Assembly (NCBI GenBank): GCA_963693365.1
Contig: CAVNZM010000004.1
Location: 12,428,468-12,492,467, forward strand
Direction of reading: 5' to 3'
Source: Amoebidium appalachense
Lineage: Eukaryota; Protista; Ichthyosporea
DNA length: 64,000 nucleotides
Shown: in pieces, positions 18,140 to 48,774 of the stretch
Position numbering within the stretch: position 1 is the stretch's first letter
Layout: each line of letters begins with the position of its first letter
Translations under genes and position numbers: made by a program
The notes under the pieces: model-generated
Seen by the model: the letters and a program-made list of their open reading frames with translations, nothing else
Database searches by the model: none
Told to the model about the DNA's origin: nothing

Positions 18140-19236
18140 TCGGTGAGATGGGAATTGTGTGTGTGCAAGGTTGGGTGTCGAATGTCTGAACTACAATTCC
18201 ATATCTGATTTGGCCGTGTGTGGTGATATGCACTATATCGAGAATCATGCATTTTCCTAAACTTGGTTGCTATTGGTGTTTTCGAAGTGTTTTCTAGAGG
18301 ATGCCTTTAGCTGAATATAGGACTGCCTTTTCCTAGACCCAATCTATCGGCTAGCGAGTTCTCAAACACAAACACAAGCATTGCACAGGAATGTTGGTCT
18401 ACCATACTAGCAAGCTGTTTGAAGCCCTTCTGGTTTACTTTGTAAATTTTGAGTATACAGACACATTGGTAATTTCTTTCTTGAGTGGGGTGGGGTGGGT
18501 GGGTGGGGGGGTGGGGGGGGGGGTGGGGGGGGGGGGGGCATTTTATATGTTTGTTGACTCTGGTATTGAGCCTAGCTGCACATATGACGACATATCCAAG
18601 TTAGTTGCATAAGTTTATGCTGCAGCCGCTGGCTCTACATAACGTTCAAGTAAAAATATCAAATTGAACTGCCATAGCGGCCTGGAATCCATCAATAAAA
18701 TCATGAAAGGGGAGAGGAATGAAACAAACCCAACATGTTCACGGTGACTGCCATCTCCTGGTGAGGGGCAATCTCTCCGTCACATGATTAGCGGGTACTC
18801 AAATAAAGGTTTCTGCAGCTGTAAGGATTAACCTTGAGCTGTTAGTCTCAGAGTGTGGGCTGAAAATTCAACGTGCACCTGCGGCCGCTTGGCCCAGGGT
18901 TTGTACACAGCTGGTGCTTGCTGTGCACCTTCGAGTTAGAGTACATAATAGCTAGAATGTGTGCACATGGTAGTAGGGTCGGTGGCGGCCAGAAGACTGC
19001 CGGAGGGGGAGAGGCCTAGGTTAGATTGGATGGGGTGTAGAAAAGTTGCATGCCAGAGGGATCTGCAGGGCAGTACGATCATTATCACTGATTGATATTC
19101 ATATTGCAACGGAAAGGATTCAACATGCATATGATAGCTTCATTAATATCTTGTGCGCGCGGGGCTTGAAGCCGAAAAGCGTATAAGGCATATCGTTGGG
19201 GAGGGGAAGAAGCATAGAAGGGTGGGATGGGGTTGG

Positions 19237-19267
<31 letters not shown>

Positions 19268-19547
19268 GGGGGGGGGGGGGGGGGGGGAGGAAGGGGGGGA
19301 AGGGAGGTTTGATATTTGGTTACGTGTTGCAGACCGAGAAAGAAGTATACACACGCGTGATTCTCAAGAAAATGCAAGCGTTGCAATCAATCACACAGCG
19401 TCATGATCATGGGCCGGCAGGTTTCATGGCGACGCTGGGTTCTCCACCAAGCAAATAAAAGTGTGTAAACCCCCCACATGATAATCGAAAGGCTCTCAAT
19501 AAGCTCGGAGAAGGGGAGAAGAGGGGGGGAGGGGGGGGGGAGGGTAT

Positions 19548-19627
19548 ACAAAAGCGCCAGAATACTGGTCGTGGTGGTGATGATGGTGGTGCCGTGGTGG
19601 GGGTGGTGGTGGGGAGGGGGAGGGAGA

Positions 19628-19680
<53 letters not shown>

Positions 19681-19845
19681 AAAAACACCAGGATACTGGG
19701 GGGAGGGGGGGGGGGGGGGGGGGGAGAACAAAAACACTAGAATACTGGGTGGGTGGTCGTGTTGGTGGTGGCGGGGGTGGGGGGGCAAAACACCAGAATA
19801 TGTATATACTGGGGGGGGGCAGTATACAACAACTCCAGAATACTG
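19548..19845. repeat. Five copies of a ~21-bp motif ACAAAAACACCAGAATACTGG separated by G-rich spacers
   Basis: Copies at about 19548-19568, 19679-19699, 19728-19748, 19786-19812 (with an insertion) and 19826-19845. Confidence 0.75.
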
Positions 19846-21415
19846 CATTCATACACCAGCTTCGAAATCTGATGGTGCCGGAGAAGTTTTCTGCCATATG
19901 CATGCATGGCCGTTTCATTTCTTTACTATGAATTATCATGTATCACCAATGATCCATACCTTCAAACCGACTCGATTACTTCTGTGCAAATCATCTTGTA
20001 ACCACTTCCCATCATATCTTTCTGATAGTATATACCTCCTCCCTTTCAATCCCCTTACAAAGGTTATGTCCCCTTACATTCTCGCGCATTCGAATTCACA
20101 CATCCCATAATAAGGCTTACATTACATATGACGTCATTCATGAGAAATCATACATTCCTCTGGTCTGCAGCAGCCCCCCCCCCCCCCCCCCCCTCCGCCC
20201 TCCCCTCCTCCCCTCGCTTCGATTTGGGATGCATGCTTGTAGCAAAAGAAAAGCAGAAATAACCAACGACGGCCATTTCCCAAAGTGTTCCTTGCACAAC
20301 CTGTGCTTTGCATGCCTTACTATATCGTTCAACACATGGACTTCAGAGCTGGTTACTGTGCAAGTAACAAGGTGTACGTGAGTTCTCCATGCTGCATGCC
20401 TCAGCCAAGGTATACCCGGGCACACCACGTATGCCTTAAATCCAGAGTGTGCAGAACTGCAGGTTCATCTGACCGTGAGGCATGTCGTGCAGCAGTGGGC
20501 AGTCATGTTCCCTGGCACCCAAACTGCCCGTTAGTACTACCACAATGGTGCAAGTAACTATTCTGACCAATAAATATGTCCCCCAGGTCATTCTGCACAC
20601 TGCGCCTACATGACAGACTGTGTGGCAAAAAAAACGCAATCAGTCTGTGCATGTGGAGGGTATCTGAGCCATTAACCGTTTTTGTACTCGATCCATGGAA
20701 TCTCAGCTCCCAATAGAGATAAACGGATACTTTCTTTTTGTCGGACGAAGGTATAATGTAAATCTTCGCCCTATAAAATAAAAATGGCGCTTTTGGTCTA
20801 ATTTGTTAACAAAAACATGAAAAGCAAGTGATGTCTAGATCTTACCCATTAACCGAACACCTCGACCTTTACATCTATTGGTTTCATATCATATGTTTAC
20901 CGTTGCCAGGTTGTGAATGAATGCTTTCACGGTCGGCCGGATGGGATGTCGACAGAAGCTCATATTTATCAGCTTCATCTAGAACAAAAGTAGTCAATAT
21001 TATGAAACTATTATTTCAACCATATTACAAAGTTTCTGATGAATTAGAGCTTTTCTAAAGACCTTTTCCATGTGCTCCACCTGGGCACGCATAAAATGTA
21101 CACGAACGATATAACGGAATCTCGATGTCGACGTTGAGGAACCAATCGACTTCAGTTACCGCACTTATTACGTCAGGACTGGATCTGGCCAGAGCCAATG
21201 AAATCACCAGATCTGGTGTTCGGTTAATGGTTGTTCGGTTGCAAAACGCATCAGCCCTATGCCCAAGCCGAACCAAGAGCCACAGAAGCGGGAGAGGGGT
21301 GGATGGGGTGGGCAGTGTGTGTGTGTGGGGGGGGGGGAGGAGAGGGGGGGGGACACATATTGGACTATACAATAGACTCGATAATTCCAATACCGAGGAG
21401 GACCAGCAGGAGGCC

Positions 21416-32769
<11,354 letters not shown>

Positions 32770-34994
32770 TGTCGCTTTTGGCACTAAACGCTATCTCATT
32801 TTTCGATTTTGCACTAAAGCGTATGTCTAAATGCTATGAGCTCGTGGTGCTTGGCAAGCCGGTACCTCTCATCTAAACATGAAGAACGCCTGAGACCAAG
32901 ACAGCTGTTAACATGGGTGGACCGATCCTGTGGCGGTCCACCAAAAGTTCACTGATTGGGAAACTTTTACGGCTTGAAGTGCACCCTATCGCTACCGAAG
33001 CATGTTAAAACGTGCTGTTGTTGCTGTGTATTCTTATCCATACAACTGACGACACTCAGTGAGGACTGGGCGCGCCGGAGTGGACATAAAAGGCAGCGCT
33101 CAGGTGAAGAACACCGATCATGGAGGAGGCAGCAGGCTCGTTTGGTGGCCGATCTACGGCACACAGCCCCCTACCCTATTTTTGTCTTCTGATTGGGCTA
33201 CTATGAGCGATGTAAACTAGCTCATGTACATGTAACATGTATGAGACCCGCGGCCGCAGCAGCGAATCGATCGAAGTGAGCATATCGCAAATGCCACCGT
33301 GACGGTAGCGCAGAACTAATAAAACAACAAAAACCTGATGTGTTTCATGCTAGCTATATAACGAGAGAGCAAATGTTTACTGACTAGCTCTTCTATATAA
33401 AAGCAGTTTTTTGAAAGACATCAAGACAATAAATCGAAGCAATTTACAAGACTCTGCTTTTTCTAGGATTGGTCAACCGCGCACCAGCTGTGATCGAATC
33501 GCGCGCAGCATCAGATGGTCAAGGGGGACACCAGCCCTGGGGGCACGGATCGGGACCGCACGGACCACGGTGCACTGACCGGTACTGGATGCCCGCCGCC
33601 CGGGCGGGGTGCGGCAGGAGAGTGCTCTTGAGGTGGAGTGCACACTGTGTTTTAGGAGCCCCTTGGTGGTGCCCGTCTGGGTAATTGCAACCAAAGTGGC
33701 TATAAAAAGAACACACATACACCAATTGTGAACTAAGTTGGAAAAATCTGCACTAATATTAATGCCCATGATGTATGCGCAGCCATGTGCATCATGTTAT
33801 GCCCATCGATCACAGTCGTAGTACCTCATTTCTGTTATGACCTATGCCGTGGGGCAGAACGGTTTAGAAGCTGAAAGTTGTATCATTATATTATAGGCTC
33901 CAGGCCGTATATTCACCCTTACGCATATTTATCGATATACATAGGTTATCATAAATGACCAGTATCCAACTATTAAGAAAAAAGTCTGACACGTCCTTTC
34001 AGTTAATATTTGTCTTACACCACACAATGATTCACCAGCGCTAATATTAGCCTATAACAGCAATCCTTCCTGCATAGCTGTGCCCGCCGAGTTGCAGCTG
34101 CCGGTTCAGTTCATTTAGTCTATAAGCGACAAAACAGTACGTAGGCAGCCGTGTGTATGTTCAATGACATATCTTGCTATGCGCAAAACATCACGGTGAC
34201 TTCTATGTGCATGTGGTACAGTATCATTGATGCCGCATTATAATGTAGCTAACTTCCTACAGCTGACAGAGCTAACACATTCATGCATGGCCATTTGCCT
34301 GCTTCGTAAGACCGCAGGCCGCCAGCTTGTCAAACACAACGGCCGCCTGCTGTATTAAAAAATAGACAAAAAGGATTAGGGTGTGCACGTGCTCTCCCAA
34401 AGTGCCCCAGCTGCAAGCCACATTCCACATTCTCCCACTACGATTGCTCTTAGAAGGCTAGACCCTCCTCCCCCCTTCCCCTCCCCCCCCCCCTCCCCCC
34501 CCCTCCCCCCCCCCCCCCCCCCCCCCCTTGCTGCCTCCCCCCTCCCTCATGGGTTGTTTAGCACGGGTTGGCATGAAGTTGTTTACTTTCGCATGTCTTC
34601 AAGTTGCTCCCATGGTTAGCACTCAAGCATGCACACCCACTTACTACACCAGATCCCTCCGGAACCGTGCATGTGAAAATTGAGGTCAACATTAAAAATT
34701 GAGGGTGACATTTCTGTTTCATAGCACAGATCGCCCCTTTGTTCGAGGGGGGACTATATGGGTTTATAATGTCCAATGAAACATCCAAGCCCAACAAGGA
34801 GAGGGGCAAAATGAGGGGTGGAAGAAATCAACAGAAGGTGATCGAGTACGAGGGCAAGATATTTGTAGGCAGTGTGGAGACTGGGTGATAGAGGTGGGTG
34901 GTCTCAGACTTGTCTTTTTTTTTTTTTTTTTTTTTTTGGGTGGTGGTGTCATTTTTTTTTTTTTTTTTTTGGGTGGTGGTGGTGGTGGTGGTGG

Positions 34995-35027
<33 letters not shown>

Positions 35028-35043
35028 GGAGGTCATACAGATA

Positions 35044-36933
35044 CTAAGCGGGTACCATAAGTAGGTTCACAAAGAATTGCTCCATGGCATCTGGAAGTGA
35101 CCGTAAATGCATACACACCTTTGTGAATGACGGGTCGTACTTTGTGTTCTTGGCAAAGGCTGAGACGGCGTCGATGACTGCACGGACCTCAGTCGACATC
35201 ATGGGTTTGCTGCCCTTACCTGCTGCCACTATGGCTGCAAACACGTGGAAAAGAGACACCTTTGTGCTGTCTCGCTCCAAGCCTTGGCTGTGGATGTCAG
35301 CTACTGTCTGGTAGAGACCCGCCTGTGGTGGGCAGATATCATCAGACGTTTGGTGATGTTGCTAAAATCATGTTGTGTTACTTGCCTAGTATGAAGCAGT
35401 CTTTGAGATTGCAGCGGCTCAAGCGGTTGAAAAGAACTTCAAGAAGGAAGACGAGATGGAAAGGAGAACAAACTCACTCACACACGAATGTGTGGCCATT
35501 GTCCTTCAGCATGTATTGTATGCGGGTGTGTGTGCACCGGCATGTGATTGTGCACATGTGTGTTATGTGAGCACTGGTCGGGTGCGCCTGCGTTTTCTTG
35601 CTCTCCCTGGAAGAAAAAAGAGGGAGGGAGGGGGGGGGGGGGAGAAAGGGAGGGGAGGGGGGCAGCACAATGCCCGTGTGTGGTGTATTGGGCGTGTGTG
35701 CGTAAGCGCGTGTGTTTGTTCATGGTGTATTGGGTCAAAGGTGTGTGTGTGTGTGCACATGTTCATGCATGTGCGTCTGTGTGGCGGTGTTGATGATGAT
35801 AATAACATTCGAGCAAACGGAGATCCCTGCTCTCCTTCATACACCAATGACACCAAGCATCTACACCGACATGCACGCAACCACATAGGCACACATGAAG
35901 CCACAAACCCGGTGTGCCCCAAACCCCCCCCCCCCCCTCCCCCTCCCCCCCTCCCCCCTCCCACACACAACCAAACTAGGTGCCCCTCCCTCCCCCCTCC
36001 CCCCCGGAGGGGGGGAACTCCCTCATTTGCCCAATGTTTTTCTCCGGCGCCCACCTGGAAACATTGTTGTGCATACTGGGTGTCAGCCACCAGCACAGTG
36101 AGGGTGGTCATGGCCGAGGCCACTGCATCCTCAATGTTCTGCTTGACCTGCTTGCCCCCACAGCCACTGGACAGGTGGTTGGTGACGGCTGTGAGCACCT
36201 TGTAGGCCCTGAGTGGCTTCAGTACCTGTGTGTGTGTCGGATTAGAACAAAATAAAGTGAGAGGGAGGGGGGCTAGAGTCTCCATCGCGGGAGGAGGAGG
36301 CGGGGAAGGAGGGGGCGAGGTTTTTTTTGTTTTTTTTGTTTGTTTTTTTTTTTTTTTGGGGGGGGGGGGGGGGTTCACTTTACTGAGTACAAAGTACACA
36401 TAAACGACGGACAACAATCACAAGATGGATCACAAATAGTGCCTCGCGGAGGGAGGGAGGGAGGGAGGAGGGGGGAAGGGGGGGGGGGTTTGAATGCGGA
36501 ACACAGTACGAAGTACGCATACACGATGAGAAGCATGGTGCAGGACACATGCAAAGGCAAACATTCAACTATGCAGCATCAACCATGCGCACAGTATGCG
36601 TGGGGGGGGGGGGGGACGGGGGGGGAGGGGGGGGGAGGCCGGGGGGGGGGGGGGAGGGGAGGGAGGGGAGAGGAAGCACGACATCTGTGAAGGGGCTGAA
36701 GCTTAAAAAGTACGATGGAAATGAGGCAAAATGGCGAAAAATGGAGCCATGGGCAGGTGTGTGTGTGTATTGAGGGGAGGGAGGGAGGGGGGGGGGGGGG
36801 GGGGGGGGGGGGAGAGGAGGAGGGGGAAAATGTGTTTCAGAGTACAAGAGACACATGACGGACAACCCAGTGCAGATTAGAAAACACACAGAAACAGTAT
36901 GTGCGGGGGATGGGAGGGGGAGGGGATAGAGGG

Positions 36934-36965
<32 letters not shown>

Positions 36966-39874
36966 CTTGCAATCATACCTGTGCCATCTGCGCCAGATCC
37001 CGAGAGCTGTTGTCTTTGCTAGTTGCCAGGCAGGCAAGAATCTGGGGGATTGAGAGCAGGTGAGTAAATGCTATGTGAATAACTAAACACTACGTGAGTT
37101 GTGTGTGTTGAAGTGGACCGTTGTTTTCGTGTGCCTGTGCATATATGGTACGGAGTTTGTACTTGTGTATGTGGGTTTGTACATGGGTTGGGGAATCGGG
37201 TTTTTTGGGGGCGGGCGCGGAGGGCCGGGCAGGGGGAGGGGGAAGGGAACTCAGGGCTCATTGCTAAAAGGTGAAGTATTTTATTTTGCATTAGCAGGGA
37301 ACGTGGACAAGAAACGAGGAACAGCCCCCCCCCTCCCCCCCCCCCCCCCCCTCCCCCCCCCCTCCCTCCCCCCCCCCCCCCCCCCCCACACACACACACC
37401 CACACCCACACACCCCTCCCTCCAACCCCCTCCCCACCTCCTCCCTCCTCCCGAGGAACAGTCCACCCCCTCCCCCCCCCCCCCCCCCCCCCCCCACCCA
37501 CCCACCCACCCCCTCCGTCCCCGGCTCCTTCCCGCCCCCCCCTCCCCCCCCCACCCCTCACACGCACCCACACCCACACCCACACTTATCCCCGAAGAAA
37601 CCGATAATGAAGGTGGGAGTTGGGTGGGGTGGGGTGGGTGGGGTTGGGGGCGGGTTTGAGGGGGGGTGAAAGGGGGGGGGGGGGGGGGCTGGGGGCTGAC
37701 ACACTGAATACACAAAAGAGTTTTACAATATAGAGGTAGTAGAAGAGAGCCTTGTGATGAGATTTTGGTGTAAAGGAAGGGGGAGCAAACCGGTCGGGAA
37801 AATAAAAAAGAATACACACAAAACCATGTGTAGAAACCAGGACGAGCTAAGAAAGGGGTTTCAGGGTGTGGTACACACATGAAGCATAAGTTCATATTGA
37901 ATAGCGTAGTGCAGACATGCCACAAAAAGTACACGGGGAGAGGCGCCGGGGGGGGGGGAAGGGGGGGCGGGGAGAGGGGGGATGCATACGAAGTACAAGT
38001 TCATAACGGACAACATGAGGCAGATTGAAAAGTATGTACGGAGGGGGAGGGGAGGTTAGCACACGGCCAATACACCCAGAAGGAACGGTGCAGAGAGAGT
38101 GAGGGATAGAAGTAGAGAGAGAAAGTCCATTAGAGCAACAGTTGCCTTGCCCCAGCCCACACCTTCCGATATGCACGAGATTCAGGAGCACACATCACCA
38201 TCACTGTCTCTGCGCAGCCCTTTACCACATCCACACAACCCCATCTCCCCCAACCTCTATCCTTTCTTCGACCCTTAAGGGAAAACTCGCTACAATAAAA
38301 AAGAGAAAAATTGCCTCCCCATAATGTTTATAAAGTAGCAAACAGAACACACAGGCACTCACCCCACAGCAATGTTGCAGCACGGGCACAGACAGATATG
38401 CCCCCGTCAGCACATCCACCAACTTGGGCACCGCTCCAGCCGCCATCACACCTCCCCAGTTCTCGTTTTGCTTCATCACGGCAAACAATACCTCCTGTGC
38501 CTCCTCGTGGGTTCCCTTTTCGCTATCCAAAAACTCGACAGCCGTCGAGGCAAGCCCGGCGCTAACATAGCTCGAAATGACTTCGTTTGTTGCGGCCGTT
38601 GGTGTCGAAAGGAAAAGGTGTGAGGGGAGGGTGCACGAAACTGTCATTCTGGTGGTTGTCATTTCATATTGGGAGGCCTTAAGCGTCAAAACGGTCCGCA
38701 GAGAGGTGAACCCACCCGCCCTCATGAAATCTTTGCATACGAGCTCGATGGACGAATCGTTTTGTTTTGTCAAAGGAAGCTTCGTGGCGCTCTCGGAAAC
38801 AATGCAGAAAAGAAGTGCGGCAAAGTACTTTCCGTGTGCCCCTGGGGCAGCCAGAAGAATGCATGCGAGATCCAACAGGAAGACGAAATCCCAGTTAAAC
38901 CCATACAAGAACTCCTCTCTCTCCGAGTCCTCTTTGAAAATAAACATGAACTCTGCCCATGCCTCACCAATGGCCTCCAGAAGCTCGTTCTTCTTCGGCT
39001 GTTTCTGAGCTTTTGCAAACTCGATAAGTTTCTTGGTTGTTTCGACTATGGTTCTCACTGCTTTCTCTTCGGTGAACCTCTGCCGAATGTCAGCGTGTGC
39101 GCACAAAGGAATGAAAACGTTGGAAAGAAACGCCGACCGGTACCGAACCTCGGTCTCAGTCACTTCGTCGGCGCAGGTAAGACCGACTAGGGCAATGTGA
39201 ACGATGTCCATGTGCTGTGGGAAAAGTGTGGTTGGTGACTGTGGGCAGGGTGCCCGGGAGGATAACTGCGAGTCTGTAGTCAAGCATATGGCAGCACCAT
39301 GCAGGATGCATAAGACGTCGGAAAGGCACAGAACAGCGTGACTTAAAGGTAGGTGAGCAAGTGGCAAGGCACGAATCAACCAGGGCAGGTGTGTGGAGTG
39401 GTGGAAGGAGAACGCTTGAAACCGGCCTTGACTGTGGAGGGGAACATCCTTCAGAAGCTTGCAGCGGAAAAGAAGAGGGAGGGGTTGTGAAAGAGAGGGT
39501 GAGTGGTCTTCGTACCTCTTTGAACATAGGGATGAGAGGCACGGTGGTGAGGAGGGCCCTCAGCTCGGTGAACACTGCCAGCTGCTTGGTCAGTTCGGCC
39601 GGGCTAGGCTGCTCTACTGTGTCGAGTTTGAACTGTAGCACCTGTAAAGGGACGTGCGCGGCAAAAAAACGTGTGAATCTATGTGGTATGCAAGTATGAG
39701 GCGAATACAGGTGTCTCAAACAGGATCCCCTTTGGGCAAGGAAAGTTCGTTGAAAGCAAAACAACAGCAAGAAAAGGCATGGATGCACTGTCAGAAACAG
39801 CACTCTTCTCATCCATCCCACTCTTCCCGCCTTCCTCCTACACCGGGGGGGGGAGGAGGGGGTGAAGGGTTTTG

Positions 39875-39905
<31 letters not shown>

Positions 39906-40565
39906 AGGAGGGGGAAGGGGGGGGAGGGGGGAGGGGCAGGGCAGGAGGGGCTGAAAGAGTTGGGTGCAACCGCATGGTGGTGGTGATTCTAGTAGGGCCG
40001 GTACGGTACGGGGAGCGCAGGGTGGGGGTGGAGTTTTTCGACGATGGGTTCTCGAATTAAAAGGTGGGGAAGGGGGAAGGGGGGGAGGTGGGAGGGAGGG
40101 GGAGAGAGAGGAGAGGGATGGTGAGGGGGAGGATTTTTGACTTCTGGGGGAGAGGGCGGGGGAGGGAGGGGGGGGGGGGGGGTGGGGTGGGGGGGGGGGG
40201 GGATTGAGAAAAGATTCTGAAGTCAGCAAGCCTACCTGCAGCAGACTGTCCTCCTTCAACAACCGCCACACTGCTGACGTGCCAGTTACCGGATCAACCA
40301 CCACCGAGGTGGGTCGGAATCTAAACCGGTGCGACTCCTTTTTGCCTGACAGAACGTAGAGGATAGCAAGAACGACCACACTGGTGCAGACGACGGCGGC
40401 GCCATAAGCTGGCTTGAGCATCACAGCTGCGGACAGGGCTGCTGCTAGCACTGCGAGAATAAAGGTTTTGTTGCGGACAATAGGGACGGGCTCTGCGCCC
40501 ATTTCTTCTGCTGGTATGTGCACCTTGGGTTGGGTGCTCCCACCTCCACAGCAGCCTGCTCCCAT
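35044..40565 (-). CDS. Uncharacterised alpha-helical (ARM/HEAT-like) protein with an N-terminal MGxxCC acylation motif and two hydrophobic segments, about 7 exons
   Basis: Exons about 40565-40236, 39641-39516, 39214-38363, 38220-38164, 37041-36979, 36225-36055 and 35307-35044, with GT-AG junctions. ARM-like segments include FMRAGGFTSLRTVL, YVSAGLASTAVEFL and VMAAGAVPKLVDVL. Confidence 0.75.
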
Positions 40566-41375
40566 TTTCTTGTGGATTGGACTGAAAATCTATATGCGAA
40601 ATAGAATTATGCCAACAAAGCAAAACAAAGAGCCTTCAAAGCTTGGTTTCAGGGAAGAATTTATATAAGAATAGGCAGACTGCTAGTGTTCTCTGCTCTC
40701 AGAAGGGCGTATGGATATATACTGTATATGCCCGTTACTGCGGCAAAGTCAAGTAACTTGACAAGCCACAGGAGTTGAAACGCGGCTTTTATGTCGGCAC
40801 GTTGCTATGGCATGCGGGATTGGAATGCAGTTTTAACGCAACCACGAATAGTTTTTCCATTTGGCTAACCATGTATGTATGATGTGTGGTTTTATTCTAT
40901 GGGTACGGGGCACACTGTTATTGGTTAAGCCGTCACTCGTCATCTGGTCTATATTGAGCCGCTTCGCGTTGATCTAAATATCTATTGTCAAATTTACGTA
41001 TAACACTTCCGCAATCCGATCGATTTGTTAAAAATTGTAAAGTTTGCATAAAATCTAGATCGATTTCGACCAGAGGAAGAGGGGGGGGATCTTCCAGATG
41101 CCTAGGATGAGACGGCTGGTCCTTGGAATTCGCCTAAATATCTCTTATCCAATAGAATTGCGATCTACGATCTAGATAATTCAGTTTCTAAACTGCTCTC
41201 CGCGAATCGAGCAGACATTGGTTCTCTAAATTCGCCGAGTATTTGGATATTTAGATCAACGCGAAGCGACTCATTAGCGGTCCAAAGGAAGTTTTGTGGC
41301 ACATTACAGCACCGTCGCCACCTTTGCACAACAGCCGGAGGTTTCCAATGCACACATATACGCCAGTCCTGATAG

Positions 41376-42038
41376 TTGTTTTTTCAGCGGCCTAACACTT
41401 TTGGACGGGCCGGTCTGTCACCTTGTTACATATACACTTTTATCACCTGTACATGTATAGTACCCCCCCATCGATGTCTCTGTCAGTCTCTGCCCATTGC
41501 CGAGCGTTATGTGGAATGGCTGGCGACCCCACCGGAGGTACGGCTAGATCATAGTGTGAATATGAATAGTTTCAAGTCTATGGCTGATCGATATCTTTTT
41601 ACTCTACGTGTTGAGTCCCTTCCGGTATTAGGTCCGCAAAAACACCCACTACTAGTAGCCTATATGGCGGATACGGTTAGAGAGTCTCGTTCATACATAG
41701 ATTCGTTTATTCGTAATGTGGTGTGGTGTAAAAACGCAAAGATGATTATGGATTGGCGGTGTAATCGGTTTCTGGTGTCTCCTGCTCGTATGTGTAATAT
41801 GTGTGGGGGGCGGTTTACTCGCGGCTGCATATCTATCAATAAGTGCAACCTGTTAGCTAACGTATTAGAACCGGAGGTTATTGGCGGTTTTATTCTCTTT
41901 TCTTCCTCTCTTCCCCAATATATCCGTTTTAAGATGACTATCCTAGATCACCTTATTAATGCTGCACAGTATGATATTGTAATCCGGTGCCTTAACTTTC
42001 TTTCGGAGCTACCGATGCTAGCCTCTGCTTACCCATAA
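41376..42038 (+). CDS. Orphan intronless ORF, Cys-containing (220 codons open; first ATG at 41562, about 158 aa)
   Basis: Long open frame in repeat-free, more AT-rich DNA, containing WCKN...WRC...CNMCGG...GC...KC. No family recognised. Confidence 0.45.
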   Translation: MFFQRPNTFGRAGLSPCYIYTFITCTCIVPPHRCLCQSLPIAERYVEWLATPPEVRLDHSVNMNSFKSMADRYLFTLRVESLPVLGPQKHPLLVAYMADTVRESRSYIDSFIRNVVWCKNAKMIMDWRCNRFLVSPARMCNMCGGRFTRGCISINKCNLLANVLEPEVIGGFILFSSSLPQYIRFKMTILDHLINAAQYDIVIRCLNFLSELPMLASAYP

Positions 42039-42758
42039 TATGTAATGCATTTTCCGATTTGGCACACTCTCGGTAGAATCTATACTACGATGGCGCTCAT
42101 TGTTGCCTAGCATGTACATATGTCACTGGCTGCATTTGATTGGCTGCGCTGGAAAACGCAGTAGGCCGTCGAATGTGGCCGGGCCTCCGGCAGACGGCGG
42201 CAGTGTCCACGCAATAAAAAAGTGTGTAAACCCCTATAGTACACCGCGAGTGAGACTGTGTCACGGTGAGATAAACTGGTGCTCCCTAAGCGAATCAAAA
42301 TTTAGACAATTTTGGATTGGCTAGTTATTGGAGTGGGCAAAAAAAAGCATCGAACTTTTTGGAGCTAGCACTCCGACTGCTCAGTGACACTTCTGCTTAC
42401 AGCCAAGGCTTTGACGCCTTGCCATGAAGCGACAAAAAACCTCTTGTCTCTTGCCACAAAGGGCCGCTAGTCCAGGTACTTTATAGAAATATAAATTGTC
42501 ACTCAGCCGGGCAGCCCACATGTGTTCGGAACTATCTAATTAGTATCATGATAGTAGTCAGGTTGTACATGTACCTACTGACTCAACGTTGAGGTGCTTC
42601 CAATCGTCCAATATGTCGACTCCATCACGGTAGGAAAAGCTGCCAACAGCTGCACTGCTGTTTTCTGATGAGGGTTGTTGGATTCAGGCACTTATTGCCA
42701 TTAGTTGCAATACGAGAAAAGCACACAGTAAGGCTTTGTTGGGGCAGATACTTCAGGA

Positions 42759-48774
<6,016 letters not shown>

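Noticed and set aside
18620-19150. Possible minus-strand exon or pseudogene (…FMILLMDSRPLWQFNLIFLLERYVEPA)
   Set aside because: All frames are interrupted by stops, with no recognisable domain and no consistent splice model.
19548-19845. CRISPR array
   Set aside because: Eukaryotic context, no cas genes, spacers of unequal length made of G homopolymers, and degenerate repeats.
20285-20557. Cys-rich 90-aa + strand ORF
   Set aside because: Non-ATG start in the track, no signal peptide or recognisable Cys pattern, and no supporting gene structure.
33640-33675. RNase MRP/P P4-like motif (minus strand accaaggggctc)
   Set aside because: The matching 5' P4 strand (GAAAGTCCCC-like) is not found upstream on that strand.
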